A stretch of DNA of 64,000 nt. It comes from a virus. Positions 19,178 through 29,032 of this stretch are shown here, in pieces (position 1 is the first letter of the stretch; every line of letters starts with the position of its first letter). The DNA lies in IMG/VR virus record IMGVR_UViG_3300042429_001107; one strand, 5' to 3'. The notes under the pieces are model-generated. The model was not told where the DNA came from and searched no databases. It was given only the letters and a program-made list of their open reading frames with translations. The position numbers were made by a program, and so were the translations under genes.

Positions 19178-19939
19178 TTGAAGAATGTCTTAAATTATAA
19201 TGCTTGGCTTTTCGAAAGCGAAGAGGAAAGAAATGATTTCTATAAAGAGGAATTAAATAAATCTTTTTGGGAGGACGGTAAATTCGATCCTCATATTAGA
19301 AAAAAGCTGTTAACGATAGCTGATGATTTCTATAGTGCCCTTAAATTCAATGCAAAAATACAAGATATACAATTAACAGGTTCTTTAGCAAATTATAATT
19401 GGACTGACAAATCAGATCTTGATGTACATGTTCTTGTTGATTTCGAAGAGATAGATGATAATACTGAATTAGTTAGAAGGGCAGTTGATGGAGCTAGATT
19501 TATATGGAATCTTAGACACAATTTAAAAATCAAAGGATTTGACGTTGAACTATATGTTCAGGATATAAATGATTTACATACAGCTTCTGGATTATTTTCT
19601 TTATTAAATAATAAATGGATTAGAATTCCTAAGTACAATCCTCCAGAAATAGATTACAAAGATGTTGATAAGAAATTTCAAGGATTAGTATCTGATATAT
19701 TAAATGTTGAAAATATCACAGCAACATCCGATTTTTCAAACGTGTCTCCAGAAGAGATATACACATTAGCAGTAAAGTTAAAAAAGAAAATATTAGAAAT
19801 GAGAAAAGAAGGCCTTTCTCGTTCCGGTGAGTTTTCTGTAGAGAACCTAGTCTTTAAAAAGTTAAGGAACGAAGGATATATAGAAAAGATCATAGAGTTA
19901 ATCTCTAAGGCTTATACAAATATTTACAATGAGCAATAA
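19178..19939 (+). CDS. Pol-beta superfamily nucleotidyltransferase with capsid-targeting-like N-terminus
   Basis: LTGSLANYNWTDKSDLDVH (GS...DxD) and VELYVQD; N-term MKNVLNYNAWLFES. Confidence 0.8.
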   Translation: MKNVLNYNAWLFESEEERNDFYKEELNKSFWEDGKFDPHIRKKLLTIADDFYSALKFNAKIQDIQLTGSLANYNWTDKSDLDVHVLVDFEEIDDNTELVRRAVDGARFIWNLRHNLKIKGFDVELYVQDINDLHTASGLFSLLNNKWIRIPKYNPPEIDYKDVDKKFQGLVSDILNVENITATSDFSNVSPEEIYTLAVKLKKKILEMRKEGLSRSGEFSVENLVFKKLRNEGYIEKIIELISKAYTNIYNEQ

Positions 19940-22460
19940 TATGAAAAACATTTACGGAGGATCAAATCCTATTTTTGAAAGCATGTCTAACTCTTTAAAG
20001 GAGGATAAAGACAAAGGAACTAGCAAAGCTCCAGTTAAAGGAATGGATGTGGTTTCAGCTGTGACAACAGCTCTTAACACAGTTTTTACCATCTTACTGA
20101 ATTCAAAAAACGAGAGTGCTAAAACCTCAAGAGGATTCGAAGAGATTAGAAATAAAATTATAGGGGCAACCAACTTCGGTAGTTTTAGACAATATCTAGT
20201 TTCTTTAGTTCAATCTTTTGGAGCATTAGATAATGCACAAAGAGACGCTTACGAAAAGAACGTGAAATTCATTATCGATTTATTAAGTGGAGATACTGAA
20301 GCTACTTTAAGTGATACTAAGATTTATGATAGCCTTAGAAAAGATATAATAAATAAATTATTAATTAATTTCTCAAACGACCTTAAAGAAAGAGAAACAC
20401 AATTGAGAAAAACAAATCCTAAATTGTTTGGTCAGGTTGTTAAACAAGGTTTAGTTGTTAAAGAAAATGTAGATCTTGACGAGAAAAAGAAAAGCGGTGA
20501 AGAAACTGATGTGGAAGATGCAGAGTTTAGAGGAGCGGCTTTTAATAAGTCTAAAGAATCATTAGATGCTGCTAGCGGTTTTGTTGGTATGATTGACAGA
20601 GACAAATATGTACCAGTACTTAAGGATAATGAAGACGTAAAAAGATATAAAGAAATTGCAGATGGGCTTTATAAAAAAGCACAGGATATGCAAATGATAG
20701 ACCGTAAAGGTTTAGTAGGTGGTAAAATTGTTACCGCTTCTGGTGAATATAAAGCTAGAGATTATAAAAGATCACAGGATGATCTATTAAATGAAATTAT
20801 TAGACAGAAAAAAGAATACAACAGAGTTAAAGATGGTATTCTTAAAAATAATAACGTCACACCTGCACCTGTAGTAACACCAGTATGTCCTCCAGGTAAA
20901 AGATATGATGAATCAAAAGGTATATGTGTTGATATAGTAGCAGCTACTGGGGATAATAAACCTAAGCCTAAGCCTAAGCCTACACCTACACCTACACCCA
21001 CTACTGAATGTACATTCCCTGTACAATTAGGTAAAAGATGTAAAGAGGTTGGAACTATTCAAACTAAATTAATGGAAATACTTCCAGCAGCAGCTGAATA
21101 CCTTCCTAAGTATGGAGGTGCAGATAATAAATACGGAAGTGCTACTGCTAAAGCTGTTAATATTGTTTGGTCATACGTTTCTAAAAACACATTAAAAATA
21201 GACGGTGAATTAACAAAAGATATGTATGATACTATCTTGGCTTTAACTGCAGATGATGTAGATAAAAATTGTTACAAACCAATAGAGGTTTATGGAGCTA
21301 CAGGAGCTACAGGAGCTAAAGAAAGTCTTTCTTGGGAAATGTCAATAGAAGATAAGATAGAAGAAAGAGAAGAGATCAAAGGATCTCCAATTCTTTCTTT
21401 TGAGGATTTCTATTCTGTTATTGAAGAATCTTATAAATTCAAAAAATTAGATGAACAAACAGCAACAACACCAGTTGCAGGATCTACAGTTACTAATAAA
21501 AAATTAGTTGACTGTTGTGTTAAAGATTCTATATATGGTAACACATTAGTTAATTGTATAGGAGCTTCTGGAGCTTCTGGAGAATCAGGACCATCTGGAG
21601 ACATTGAATGGAAAGGTTTAAAACCAGTACAAGATGGAGCATATACTGTATTCTACGATGAAAGCTGGGGTGATTGGTGGGGGGACGTAGCTAAGGGAGC
21701 TGTTATTACAGGTATTATAATAGGCGCAGTAATTGTTACTGGTGGTACTGCTGCTGTAGTTCTTCCCGCTGCTGCTTTACCAGGAGCTGCTACCTTTGCT
21801 GGTGGTGCTGCTTTAGTAACAGGAGCTATAGGTGGATCTGTAGGTATAACTGTAGGAGTAATAGGTGGTGCTGCAGTAAGTAAATGGTTAGGAAATGATA
21901 GAAACCCAGTAACGATATTAGTATATAACGGATATATTGAATCCATTGCAGTAAAAGCAATGGCTAGAGGTCTTTTCAATAGTATGGGAGGAACAATATC
22001 ATCACAAGATATGCTAGCAATCTATTCCACATTAATTCTATGCAGAGGTACATTCACTGACAACGGAGACGGAAAAGCAGTATCAGTATGGGAAAAAATT
22101 AAGCAAGATTATAGTTCATTTGATGGGGATAATTTAGTTGGAGATATTAATGGAATAACGACATCACAAGGAGTTGCTGGATTCTTTAAAGATATAGTAA
22201 CAGATATGGATGATCTTCCTGCATTCCCTCCTAGCTTTAAAACTAAGGATCCTACCAACGGAGGTGGATCAGTATCATTTGAGGGAGCAAAAGACGCTTG
22301 TGATGATGCAATTCAGAAATTAGACAAGAATTCAACAAAGCTTAGTGAAAACCTAAAAAATATTACAGAAAGTGATCTAGAATTATTATCTGATAATATG
22401 GGGGAGATAACCGGACAAGTAGAGGATAAAGTATCAGGAGAAGGTTCTGAAGAGGAATAA
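19929..22460 (+). CDS. Large putative internal/ejection protein: PG-binding-like domain, Pro-rich linker, Gly/Ala-rich hydrophobic segment
   Basis: LGKRCKEVGTIQTKL...GGADNKYGSATAKAV; KPKPKPKPTPTPTPT; ~65-aa hydrophobic Gly-zipper stretch; IFE/IEE sites. Start may be 19941. Confidence 0.65.
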   Translation: MSNNMKNIYGGSNPIFESMSNSLKEDKDKGTSKAPVKGMDVVSAVTTALNTVFTILLNSKNESAKTSRGFEEIRNKIIGATNFGSFRQYLVSLVQSFGALDNAQRDAYEKNVKFIIDLLSGDTEATLSDTKIYDSLRKDIINKLLINFSNDLKERETQLRKTNPKLFGQVVKQGLVVKENVDLDEKKKSGEETDVEDAEFRGAAFNKSKESLDAASGFVGMIDRDKYVPVLKDNEDVKRYKEIADGLYKKAQDMQMIDRKGLVGGKIVTASGEYKARDYKRSQDDLLNEIIRQKKEYNRVKDGILKNNNVTPAPVVTPVCPPGKRYDESKGICVDIVAATGDNKPKPKPKPTPTPTPTTECTFPVQLGKRCKEVGTIQTKLMEILPAAAEYLPKYGGADNKYGSATAKAVNIVWSYVSKNTLKIDGELTKDMYDTILALTADDVDKNCYKPIEVYGATGATGAKESLSWEMSIEDKIEEREEIKGSPILSFEDFYSVIEESYKFKKLDEQTATTPVAGSTVTNKKLVDCCVKDSIYGNTLVNCIGASGASGESGPSGDIEWKGLKPVQDGAYTVFYDESWGDWWGDVAKGAVITGIIIGAVIVTGGTAAVVLPAAALPGAATFAGGAALVTGAIGGSVGITVGVIGGAAVSKWLGNDRNPVTILVYNGYIESIAVKAMARGLFNSMGGTISSQDMLAIYSTLILCRGTFTDNGDGKAVSVWEKIKQDYSSFDGDNLVGDINGITTSQGVAGFFKDIVTDMDDLPAFPPSFKTKDPTNGGGSVSFEGAKDACDDAIQKLDKNSTKLSENLKNITESDLELLSDNMGEITGQVEDKVSGEGSEEE

Positions 22461-22468
22461 GATATATA
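22461..22468 (+). promoter_or_regulatory. Late-type promoter GATATATA for the protease-capsid operon
   Basis: 13 nt before ATG 22482. Confidence 0.7.
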
Positions 22469-22481
22469 AAGAAATAACAAA

Positions 22482-24518
22482 ATGGAAAAAAATCTAGACT
22501 ACGTATTAATATTAGAAAAATCCTCTAATAATCTTAAGACAACTAAAGATGGTGGAGAATATTTCTTAGAAGGTGTAGCTGCTGTATTTGGAGTTGAAAA
22601 CTCTAATCACAGAATATATGAGGAAAATGAATATCTTCCTCACCTTGATTACTTAAAGAAAAAAATCGAGCAAAATAGATTAGTAGGTGAATTAGATCAC
22701 CCTAAAGAGTTTGATGTGTCTTTAAAAAATATTTCTCACGTTATTACAGATCTTAACTACGATAAGAATGATAGAAACGTAAAGATCAAGGTAAAACTTT
22801 TAGATACACCAGCAGGTAAAATTGCTAAGAGTTTAATTGATGCAGGTGTTCCTATTTCTATATCATCTAGAGCAGCTGGTAATGTTAAAGAGAATAAAAA
22901 AGTAGAAATTAAGAAAATTTTTACATATGATCTAGTTGCTGATCCTGGATTCGAAAATGCTCAATTAGAAAGGGTTTACGAAAGTTTAGGATCTCATATG
23001 CCATCTGAATCTGTAAAAGATTCAATTATTTCTTCATTAACTAATATAAATGAAAGTTTTGGGCTTAGAAAAAATTCTAACACTCAGATATATAGAATAA
23101 AAGATACGGAGAAGATCTCTAGACTTTTAAAAGAAAACGTAAATAATTCAAAGAATATGGACAATAATTTTGTCACTGCAGAAGAACTAAACGAATATTC
23201 ATTAATCCTTAAAAGGGAAATGGATTCATTAAAAAATGAATTAAGATCAGTTTCTAAAGAAACTCCTTCCATAAATAGCGCAAGCGATTCAGGATTAGAA
23301 GAAAGAATTCAAAGACTCGAAAAATATTCTGAATATCTTGCTGAAAATTTAGAATCATCTATTAAGCACGGAGATTATCTTGCAGAGAACTTAGAAGGAT
23401 CTATTTCTTATAATAAATATTTAGCTGAGAACTTAGACAAAGCTATTTCCTATGCTAAATACTTAGCAGAGCACGTAGACGGCAATATTTCTTATTCTGA
23501 ATACATTGCAGATAACTTAGATAATAATATCGCTTATAGCAAATATTTAGCTGAGAACTTAGATAAAAATATCACTTATTCAGAATATCTTGCAGAGAAC
23601 TTAGATAAGAATATTTCTTACTCTGAATACCTAGGAGAAAATCTTGATAGAAACATTTCTTATTCTGAGTATTTAGCTGAAAATTTAGATAAGAACATTT
23701 CTTATTCTGATTATCTTGCAGAGAACTTAGATAAGAACATTTCTTACTCTGATTATCTTGCAGAGAACTTAGATAAGAATATTTCTTATTCTGATTACTT
23801 AGGAGAAAAATTAAACGGAAATATTAACTACTCTGATTACATTTCAGAAAAAGTTAAAAATGGTATTGAATACACAGAATATTTAGCAGAGTCTATCAAC
23901 AACGGTGGAGCTACTAAAAACAATCTTACTAAGAAAGTTAATGAATCTATTAACGAAGGTAAGAGAACTTCAGGATTCTCTGGAGATTACACAGATCTTT
24001 CATCTAAAGTTGACAAATTAATTGAATCTGTTAACACTAAAAAGACTGATCAAATTATTAACGAAAACAAATATGCTTTCTTAAAACTTGTCGATGACAA
24101 CACTAAGAAAGGATTTATATCTTTAAACGAGGCCGAAAAACAAAAGGTCGTAAAAGCTCTTAATGAGCAGAACTATAATTCGGGTACGGATGTAGTTCAA
24201 ATTATGGGATCTGCTTTAACTGAACAAGTTAACTCAGGTGAAAAATTCCTTGATATGATGCCAGCTGATTTAACATCTACATGGGGATCTTTAAATGAAT
24301 CACAAAAAGCATCAATTATTGCTCAGAGTAAATTCTACAAATTAGATACTCCTTATCAGATCAATCACTTCTGGAGAACGAGAGGACTTTCTGCACCTGC
24401 AGCTAATCTAGAACAGATAAACGAATCCCAAAATATTAGCAACCCTGTAAATACTGGAGTAAGTAATTCTTACATGCAGAATATTGCAGCAGAGCTAGAA
24501 AAAAGATTTAAAAAATAA
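22482..24518 (+). CDS. T4 gp21-like prohead core protease fused to repeat-rich scaffold (gp22-like role)
   Basis: NSNHRIY, LVGELDHP, LLDTPAGKIAKSL, ISSRAAG, YDLVADPGF are gp21 motifs; directly upstream of the MCP. Confidence 0.9.
   Translation: MEKNLDYVLILEKSSNNLKTTKDGGEYFLEGVAAVFGVENSNHRIYEENEYLPHLDYLKKKIEQNRLVGELDHPKEFDVSLKNISHVITDLNYDKNDRNVKIKVKLLDTPAGKIAKSLIDAGVPISISSRAAGNVKENKKVEIKKIFTYDLVADPGFENAQLERVYESLGSHMPSESVKDSIISSLTNINESFGLRKNSNTQIYRIKDTEKISRLLKENVNNSKNMDNNFVTAEELNEYSLILKREMDSLKNELRSVSKETPSINSASDSGLEERIQRLEKYSEYLAENLESSIKHGDYLAENLEGSISYNKYLAENLDKAISYAKYLAEHVDGNISYSEYIADNLDNNIAYSKYLAENLDKNITYSEYLAENLDKNISYSEYLGENLDRNISYSEYLAENLDKNISYSDYLAENLDKNISYSDYLAENLDKNISYSDYLGEKLNGNINYSDYISEKVKNGIEYTEYLAESINNGGATKNNLTKKVNESINEGKRTSGFSGDYTDLSSKVDKLIESVNTKKTDQIINENKYAFLKLVDDNTKKGFISLNEAEKQKVVKALNEQNYNSGTDVVQIMGSALTEQVNSGEKFLDMMPADLTSTWGSLNESQKASIIAQSKFYKLDTPYQINHFWRTRGLSAPAANLEQINESQNISNPVNTGVSNSYMQNIAAELEKRFKK
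23325..23894 (+). repeat. 42-bp (14-aa) tandem repeat YSEYLAENLDKNIS x ~13.5
   Basis: Visible in the translation; unit starts at 23325 + 42n up to 23871. Confidence 0.95.
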
Positions 24519-24526
24519 TTTAAAAT

Positions 24527-26245
24527 ATGGAACTCTTAAATCAAAGTGAGATCTACGAAACGTGGTCTCCAATCATAGAGAGCAAGACCGGTATGACAGA
24601 TCGTACAAAGGTAGAGTGGTTATCTAAATATTGCCACTTTCACTCATTAAACGAATCTGCCGGAGCTTATAACACTCTAGGTGCAATGAACGGTATGGGC
24701 GCAATCGCTCCTCCAACAAACTACACAGGTGGTGCCGCTGGTAACGGTCCTGGTGGATTTTACTATAATAATACTTACAACGCTGGTCGTCCATACGTTG
24801 GTTCTGGTGATAAATTCCCATCATTACTTCCATTGGCTATTCAGGTAGCTGCTAAAACCGTAGGTTTTGACATCGTGCCTGTTATCCCAATGAGTGGTCC
24901 TACAGGAGTATTATCTTACTTAGACTACGTATACGCAGGTGGTACTTTAACTGGATCTTCAACTGATTCTTCAACTAATAACGTTGCTAACACACCAGAC
25001 GTTATTAAAGTGCCAACAGCAGTAGCTTCTCCAGCAACAACTTTAGCTGTAGGTACAGTTTATTACCTTTGGGTTCAAGCTGACGCATCTAAATATGCTA
25101 CTACTAAATTTGTTGGTTACTCTCGTATCGATGGTTTCCCAATTTTTAGAGTAACAGCATTAACATCTGGCGATTCAATTGCTGCTGTTGTTACTGCTAA
25201 TTCAGTTATTTCTACTGCACAAGGTTCAGGTATAGTTGGTTATTCTAGTAGCTCAGCAACACTTGTTAAAACTTTAGAAGATCATATCCAAGGTTTCTCA
25301 GGAACTGGAGATGCTACTGATCCTTTCCAAGGACCTTATGTAGATGGTACTACTAACTACGATCCAATGTCAAGAGCACAAGGTGAATCTACTTACTACA
25401 AGTCTTTAGGTTTATCTACTTTCACTAAGTTCGTTGAAGCTGGTACTTTCCAAGTTGCTGCTTCTGTTACTACTGAGCAAATTCAAGATCTTAACAAACA
25501 ATTCGGTATCGACGTAGTTTCTATGATCGAGAACGCATTGGTTAATGAGGTTTCTCAAGCTATTAACAAGCACATCTTATCAAGAGGATTTGCTCTTGGA
25601 TGGTCTAACCACTCTCAATTCTTCTTAACAGAGAATACAAACCTTAACTTAAACTTAGTTATTGGTGGTCCTGCTACTTATACAGTTCCTAGTTACATCG
25701 GTAAAAACGGTCAATCTTTAGGTGCTTCTGCACCAGGTCCAGTAGCTGGTCCAGCTTCAGGTACTTTTGAGAACTTATCAACAGTTCAAAGAAGACTTTA
25801 CAGCCGTATCTTAGCAGCTGCTAACGTGGTAGCTAATAGAGGTCGTAGAGGTCCTGGTAACTTTATCGTTACAAACTCTCAAATTGCGTCTGCATTACAA
25901 GACATCAGTCAGTTCACATTCGCTCCATTTACTAACACCCTTACTCAAAACAACGGTACATTATACCCTGTAGGTTCACTTGCTGGTATGACTGTATATG
26001 TTGATCAGAACATGTCATTCGGTGACACTAGAGTATTAGTTGGTAGAAAAGGTGCTGATGATGAGCCAGGTATGAAATTCATGCCTTACATGATGGCAGA
26101 ATCAATCCAAACAATCTCTGAAGGTACTATGTCTCCTAAGATCGCGGTTAAATCTCGTTACTCTTTAGTTGAGGCTGGTCACCACCCAGAAACAATGTAT
26201 TTCTGCTTCCACATTAATGTTGGAACTGCTACTGCTATTATCTAA
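24527..26245 (+). CDS. Major capsid protein, T4 gp23 family
   Basis: TWSPIIE, VIPMSGPTG, TEQIQDLNKQFGID, EVSQAINKHIL, RRGPGNFIV, KFMPYM, AVKSRY; candidate propeptide site SLNE|S. Confidence 0.92.
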   Translation: MELLNQSEIYETWSPIIESKTGMTDRTKVEWLSKYCHFHSLNESAGAYNTLGAMNGMGAIAPPTNYTGGAAGNGPGGFYYNNTYNAGRPYVGSGDKFPSLLPLAIQVAAKTVGFDIVPVIPMSGPTGVLSYLDYVYAGGTLTGSSTDSSTNNVANTPDVIKVPTAVASPATTLAVGTVYYLWVQADASKYATTKFVGYSRIDGFPIFRVTALTSGDSIAAVVTANSVISTAQGSGIVGYSSSSATLVKTLEDHIQGFSGTGDATDPFQGPYVDGTTNYDPMSRAQGESTYYKSLGLSTFTKFVEAGTFQVAASVTTEQIQDLNKQFGIDVVSMIENALVNEVSQAINKHILSRGFALGWSNHSQFFLTENTNLNLNLVIGGPATYTVPSYIGKNGQSLGASAPGPVAGPASGTFENLSTVQRRLYSRILAAANVVANRGRRGPGNFIVTNSQIASALQDISQFTFAPFTNTLTQNNGTLYPVGSLAGMTVYVDQNMSFGDTRVLVGRKGADDEPGMKFMPYMMAESIQTISEGTMSPKIAVKSRYSLVEAGHHPETMYFCFHINVGTATAII

Positions 26246-26268
26246 TCGATATAACAGTATAATACTAG

Positions 26269-26299
26269 AAAAGGTCTCTCTCGGGAGACCTTTTTCTTT
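26269..26299 (+). terminator. Rho-independent terminator after MCP
   Basis: AAAAGGTCTCT-CTCG-GGAGACCTTTTTCTTT. Confidence 0.85.
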
Positions 26300-26317
26300 G
26301 TTTCAAGGTTTAGTTGG

Positions 26318-26325
26318 GATATATA
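26318..26325 (+). promoter_or_regulatory. Late-type promoter GATATATA
   Basis: Just after the MCP terminator, 16 nt before ATG 26342. Confidence 0.7.
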
Positions 26326-26341
26326 CAATAAAAGCAAAAAT

Positions 26342-27304
26342 ATGTTATTCGAAAACGTAAATCAGTTTCAATCAGCTAAAAAAACATTATTAGAAAACGA
26401 TAGAAACGTTCAACACACTGTAGAGATTCTTAAAAATTCTCAATTATTTTCTACACTTTCAGAGGGGGAAATAATTCTAGCAGTAACAGAATTAAACGAA
26501 GGTCTTGGTGATAGAATCATGAATTTCCTTAGCGGTGCTTTTGGTGGTGATGTAAACACTATAAAAACTGTTCTAACGCAAATGAAAGAACAAGAACTTA
26601 AATACAATCAAGAAGAATTTGAAATATATAATGAATTCTACTCTCTTTTACAAGATCAAAAAGCTTTAGATAGAGATAAAACAAATCCTAGTTATCAAGA
26701 ATTTAGTAATGATATTGCACAGTCAAGAAATGGACTAAATCAAAGAATGAAGGAACTAAACAAAGCTCACGGCGACATTTTTGATGCTTTAGAGACAAAA
26801 GTTAAGGATCTAGTTAAAGATAGTAATAGAAAGAAAAAATACTTCAATGCACAAAGAGCAACAGATGTATTAGAGACTAAAAATGACAGATACGATAAGA
26901 TTAAAGCAGTAACAGCTAAGAGCTCTAGAAGATCTCAAGAATTAGAAGATTTCTTTGGCGTTAATGCAGAGCAAGCAAAACAAAACGTAGCTCAGGCACA
27001 GACTAAAGCAAATCAAGCTGTTAATGCACTTTCAAAAGTTGCACCAGTTGCACCAGGATCTACGCCATCAAGAGACGTATTTGTTAATGACCCAGAGAAA
27101 GGATTTTATGAAGATTTTGAACAAATATCAGGGAGTGCAGGTAAACCTGAGGATAAATTAAAAGAACTTAGACTATTAGAAAAGGCAATATTTACACATA
27201 TAATGAAGGGAAATCATTCAGCAGAAACGATTGAGAATCTTAAAGACGTACACAAACAAGTTTCTGATATGATTCAATCATTAGGATCTAATGTTAATCC
27301 ATAA
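26342..27304 (+). CDS. Coiled-coil putative internal head protein
   Basis: Helical K/E/Q-rich; LFE, LLE, ELNE|GLG candidate cleavage sites. Confidence 0.65.
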   Translation: MLFENVNQFQSAKKTLLENDRNVQHTVEILKNSQLFSTLSEGEIILAVTELNEGLGDRIMNFLSGAFGGDVNTIKTVLTQMKEQELKYNQEEFEIYNEFYSLLQDQKALDRDKTNPSYQEFSNDIAQSRNGLNQRMKELNKAHGDIFDALETKVKDLVKDSNRKKKYFNAQRATDVLETKNDRYDKIKAVTAKSSRRSQELEDFFGVNAEQAKQNVAQAQTKANQAVNALSKVAPVAPGSTPSRDVFVNDPEKGFYEDFEQISGSAGKPEDKLKELRLLEKAIFTHIMKGNHSAETIENLKDVHKQVSDMIQSLGSNVNP

Positions 27305-27305
27305 T

Positions 27306-28178
27306 ATGAAATCAATTAAAAAATTAAACGAGTTTGGTTCTTTAAATGAAGGGATATTTTCTTCATTCTTTAAAGGCTTCGGTGGTACTCAAGGAAGAAG
27401 GGGTAAGCTTGAATCTTTACTAAAAGATATAAGAAAAGCTAGGGAAGAAGATGTTGATAGCGCTATTTCAATAGAAAAAGAAATCTGGAATATGCCTAAG
27501 GAGAATACTCCTGAATATAGATTCGCAATAACAAATCTTAATAGACAAGCTAGGACTTATGCTTCTTTAAAAGGCCAGGAGATTAATTCTTTAATTAAGA
27601 ATGCTAACAATCTCATAGAAGATAATCCTAAATTACAAGCATTTTTTAGTGCAGAGCTTGCTAAGATAGAAAAGGAAACCACAGAAAAACTTATAAAGAA
27701 TATAAAGCCTTATAAAGAAAAAACATATCTGGATCAATTAAGTGCTGAGTTTGATAGACTTGTACAGGATTCAAATAAAAAATCATCAGTATACGGAGAA
27801 TTTGGAGAGGGCGACGATAGAGTACCTAAAATAACTGTACCTGAAAAGGTTAGTAATGATGTTTTAACATTCCTAGATATGTCTCCACAAGAAGCTGCTT
27901 TGCATTGTAAAAATTTAAACGATAAAGATATTGGTAATTATTACACACAAATAAAGTCTTTCTTTTATGATTTACAGTATAAGTATACTAGTGCAATAGA
28001 TTCAGTAAGAGATTCAATTAAGAAAGCTCAGAAAGAAGGCCAAGATTGGATGATTCCTTCTTTTGATAAAGAAGAAATTAATATTAGATATTATATGAAA
28101 AAACCTATGGACAGGTTAAGAAATAGAATATCTACAATAGAAAAAGAAATGAAAAGTAGAAAGCATGGCTCTTATTAA
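27306..28178 (+). CDS. Coiled-coil putative internal head protein, probable paralogue of 26342..27304
   Basis: MKSIKKLNEFGSLNE|GIFSSFF; start moved to the second ATG, just after the upstream stop. Confidence 0.65.
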   Translation: MKSIKKLNEFGSLNEGIFSSFFKGFGGTQGRRGKLESLLKDIRKAREEDVDSAISIEKEIWNMPKENTPEYRFAITNLNRQARTYASLKGQEINSLIKNANNLIEDNPKLQAFFSAELAKIEKETTEKLIKNIKPYKEKTYLDQLSAEFDRLVQDSNKKSSVYGEFGEGDDRVPKITVPEKVSNDVLTFLDMSPQEAALHCKNLNDKDIGNYYTQIKSFFYDLQYKYTSAIDSVRDSIKKAQKEGQDWMIPSFDKEEINIRYYMKKPMDRLRNRISTIEKEMKSRKHGSY

Positions 28179-28449
28179 ATTAAAGAATTTTGTTACAGAA
28201 CAAGAATCTGCTCAACAAAAAGGTAAAGATCTACAGGTTAAAACCACTGCAGAAAAAGAGATGCTAGAGATTAATAAAAAGATTTCTGAAATAGATCTTG
28301 CAATAGCAAATCTTATAAAAAGAGAACAAGACGGTACTCTTAAAAAAAGTGATTCTATTAGCCAGCAAGCATTAGAGTTACAGAAGAAGGTTGCAGAAAT
28401 GCAAAAGAAATCAGTAGCACAGAAAAAGATGGAAAGTCTTGAAAAATAA
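28165..28449 (+). CDS. Small coiled-coil putative internal protein
   Basis: MALIKLKNFVTE targeting-like N-terminus. Confidence 0.6.
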   Translation: MALIKLKNFVTEQESAQQKGKDLQVKTTAEKEMLEINKKISEIDLAIANLIKREQDGTLKKSDSISQQALELQKKVAEMQKKSVAQKKMESLEK

Positions 28450-28457
28450 GATATATA
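28450..28457 (+). promoter_or_regulatory. Late-type promoter GATATATA
   Basis: 15 nt before ATG 28473. Confidence 0.7.
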
Positions 28458-28472
28458 AATAAAAATTATAAA

Positions 28473-29006
28473 ATGAGAAATCAATACTTAGGATATAATC
28501 CAGTTTTTGAATCACTATCACAACAAGCTAGGAAATATACAAATGTTCATATTAATGAAGATGCAATTGCATACGAAGGTGAAAAATCACAAAAGTATTT
28601 AAAGCTTATAATAGATAATATTAGTAGCAGAATAATTACATTCACTGCTTCTATACCAGAAAAAAAATTAAGGGATTCAGTATTAGCTATAATAGATCAG
28701 GGTTACAAAACTCTATCAACTTCAGCTCCTGCTAATTTAGATGCTTTAATAGCTTCTATGAGGGGTTTATTTGACGAAGCTTATACAGAAGTTGGCGGTT
28801 CTTCTTCTAAGGATAAATTAGTTCCTATTTACGATAAAGTAAAAGAGGGAATGGAATTATTAATGAAGGCTTATGAAAATTTAAAGAAAAAATACCCTTC
28901 GGAAATGAGTCAACCAGCATCTTTAACGAATTGTATTGGTTATTTAAAATCTTCTATAACTAGCTTTAATACTACATTAGAAGAACTAAAGAAAAAAGCA
29001 GTATAA
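28473..29006 (+). CDS. Putative internal head protein
   Basis: N-term MRNQYLGYNPVFES resembles that of 19929..22460; HINE site. Confidence 0.6.
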   Translation: MRNQYLGYNPVFESLSQQARKYTNVHINEDAIAYEGEKSQKYLKLIIDNISSRIITFTASIPEKKLRDSVLAIIDQGYKTLSTSAPANLDALIASMRGLFDEAYTEVGGSSSKDKLVPIYDKVKEGMELLMKAYENLKKKYPSEMSQPASLTNCIGYLKSSITSFNTTLEELKKKAV

Positions 29007-29032
29007 AAAAATAATATTAAATAAAAAATAAA

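Noticed and set aside
23325-23894. 42-bp repeats as a CRISPR or DGR element
   Set aside because: Contiguous in-frame repeats with largely synonymous variation, no spacers, and no cas or reverse transcriptase gene in the window
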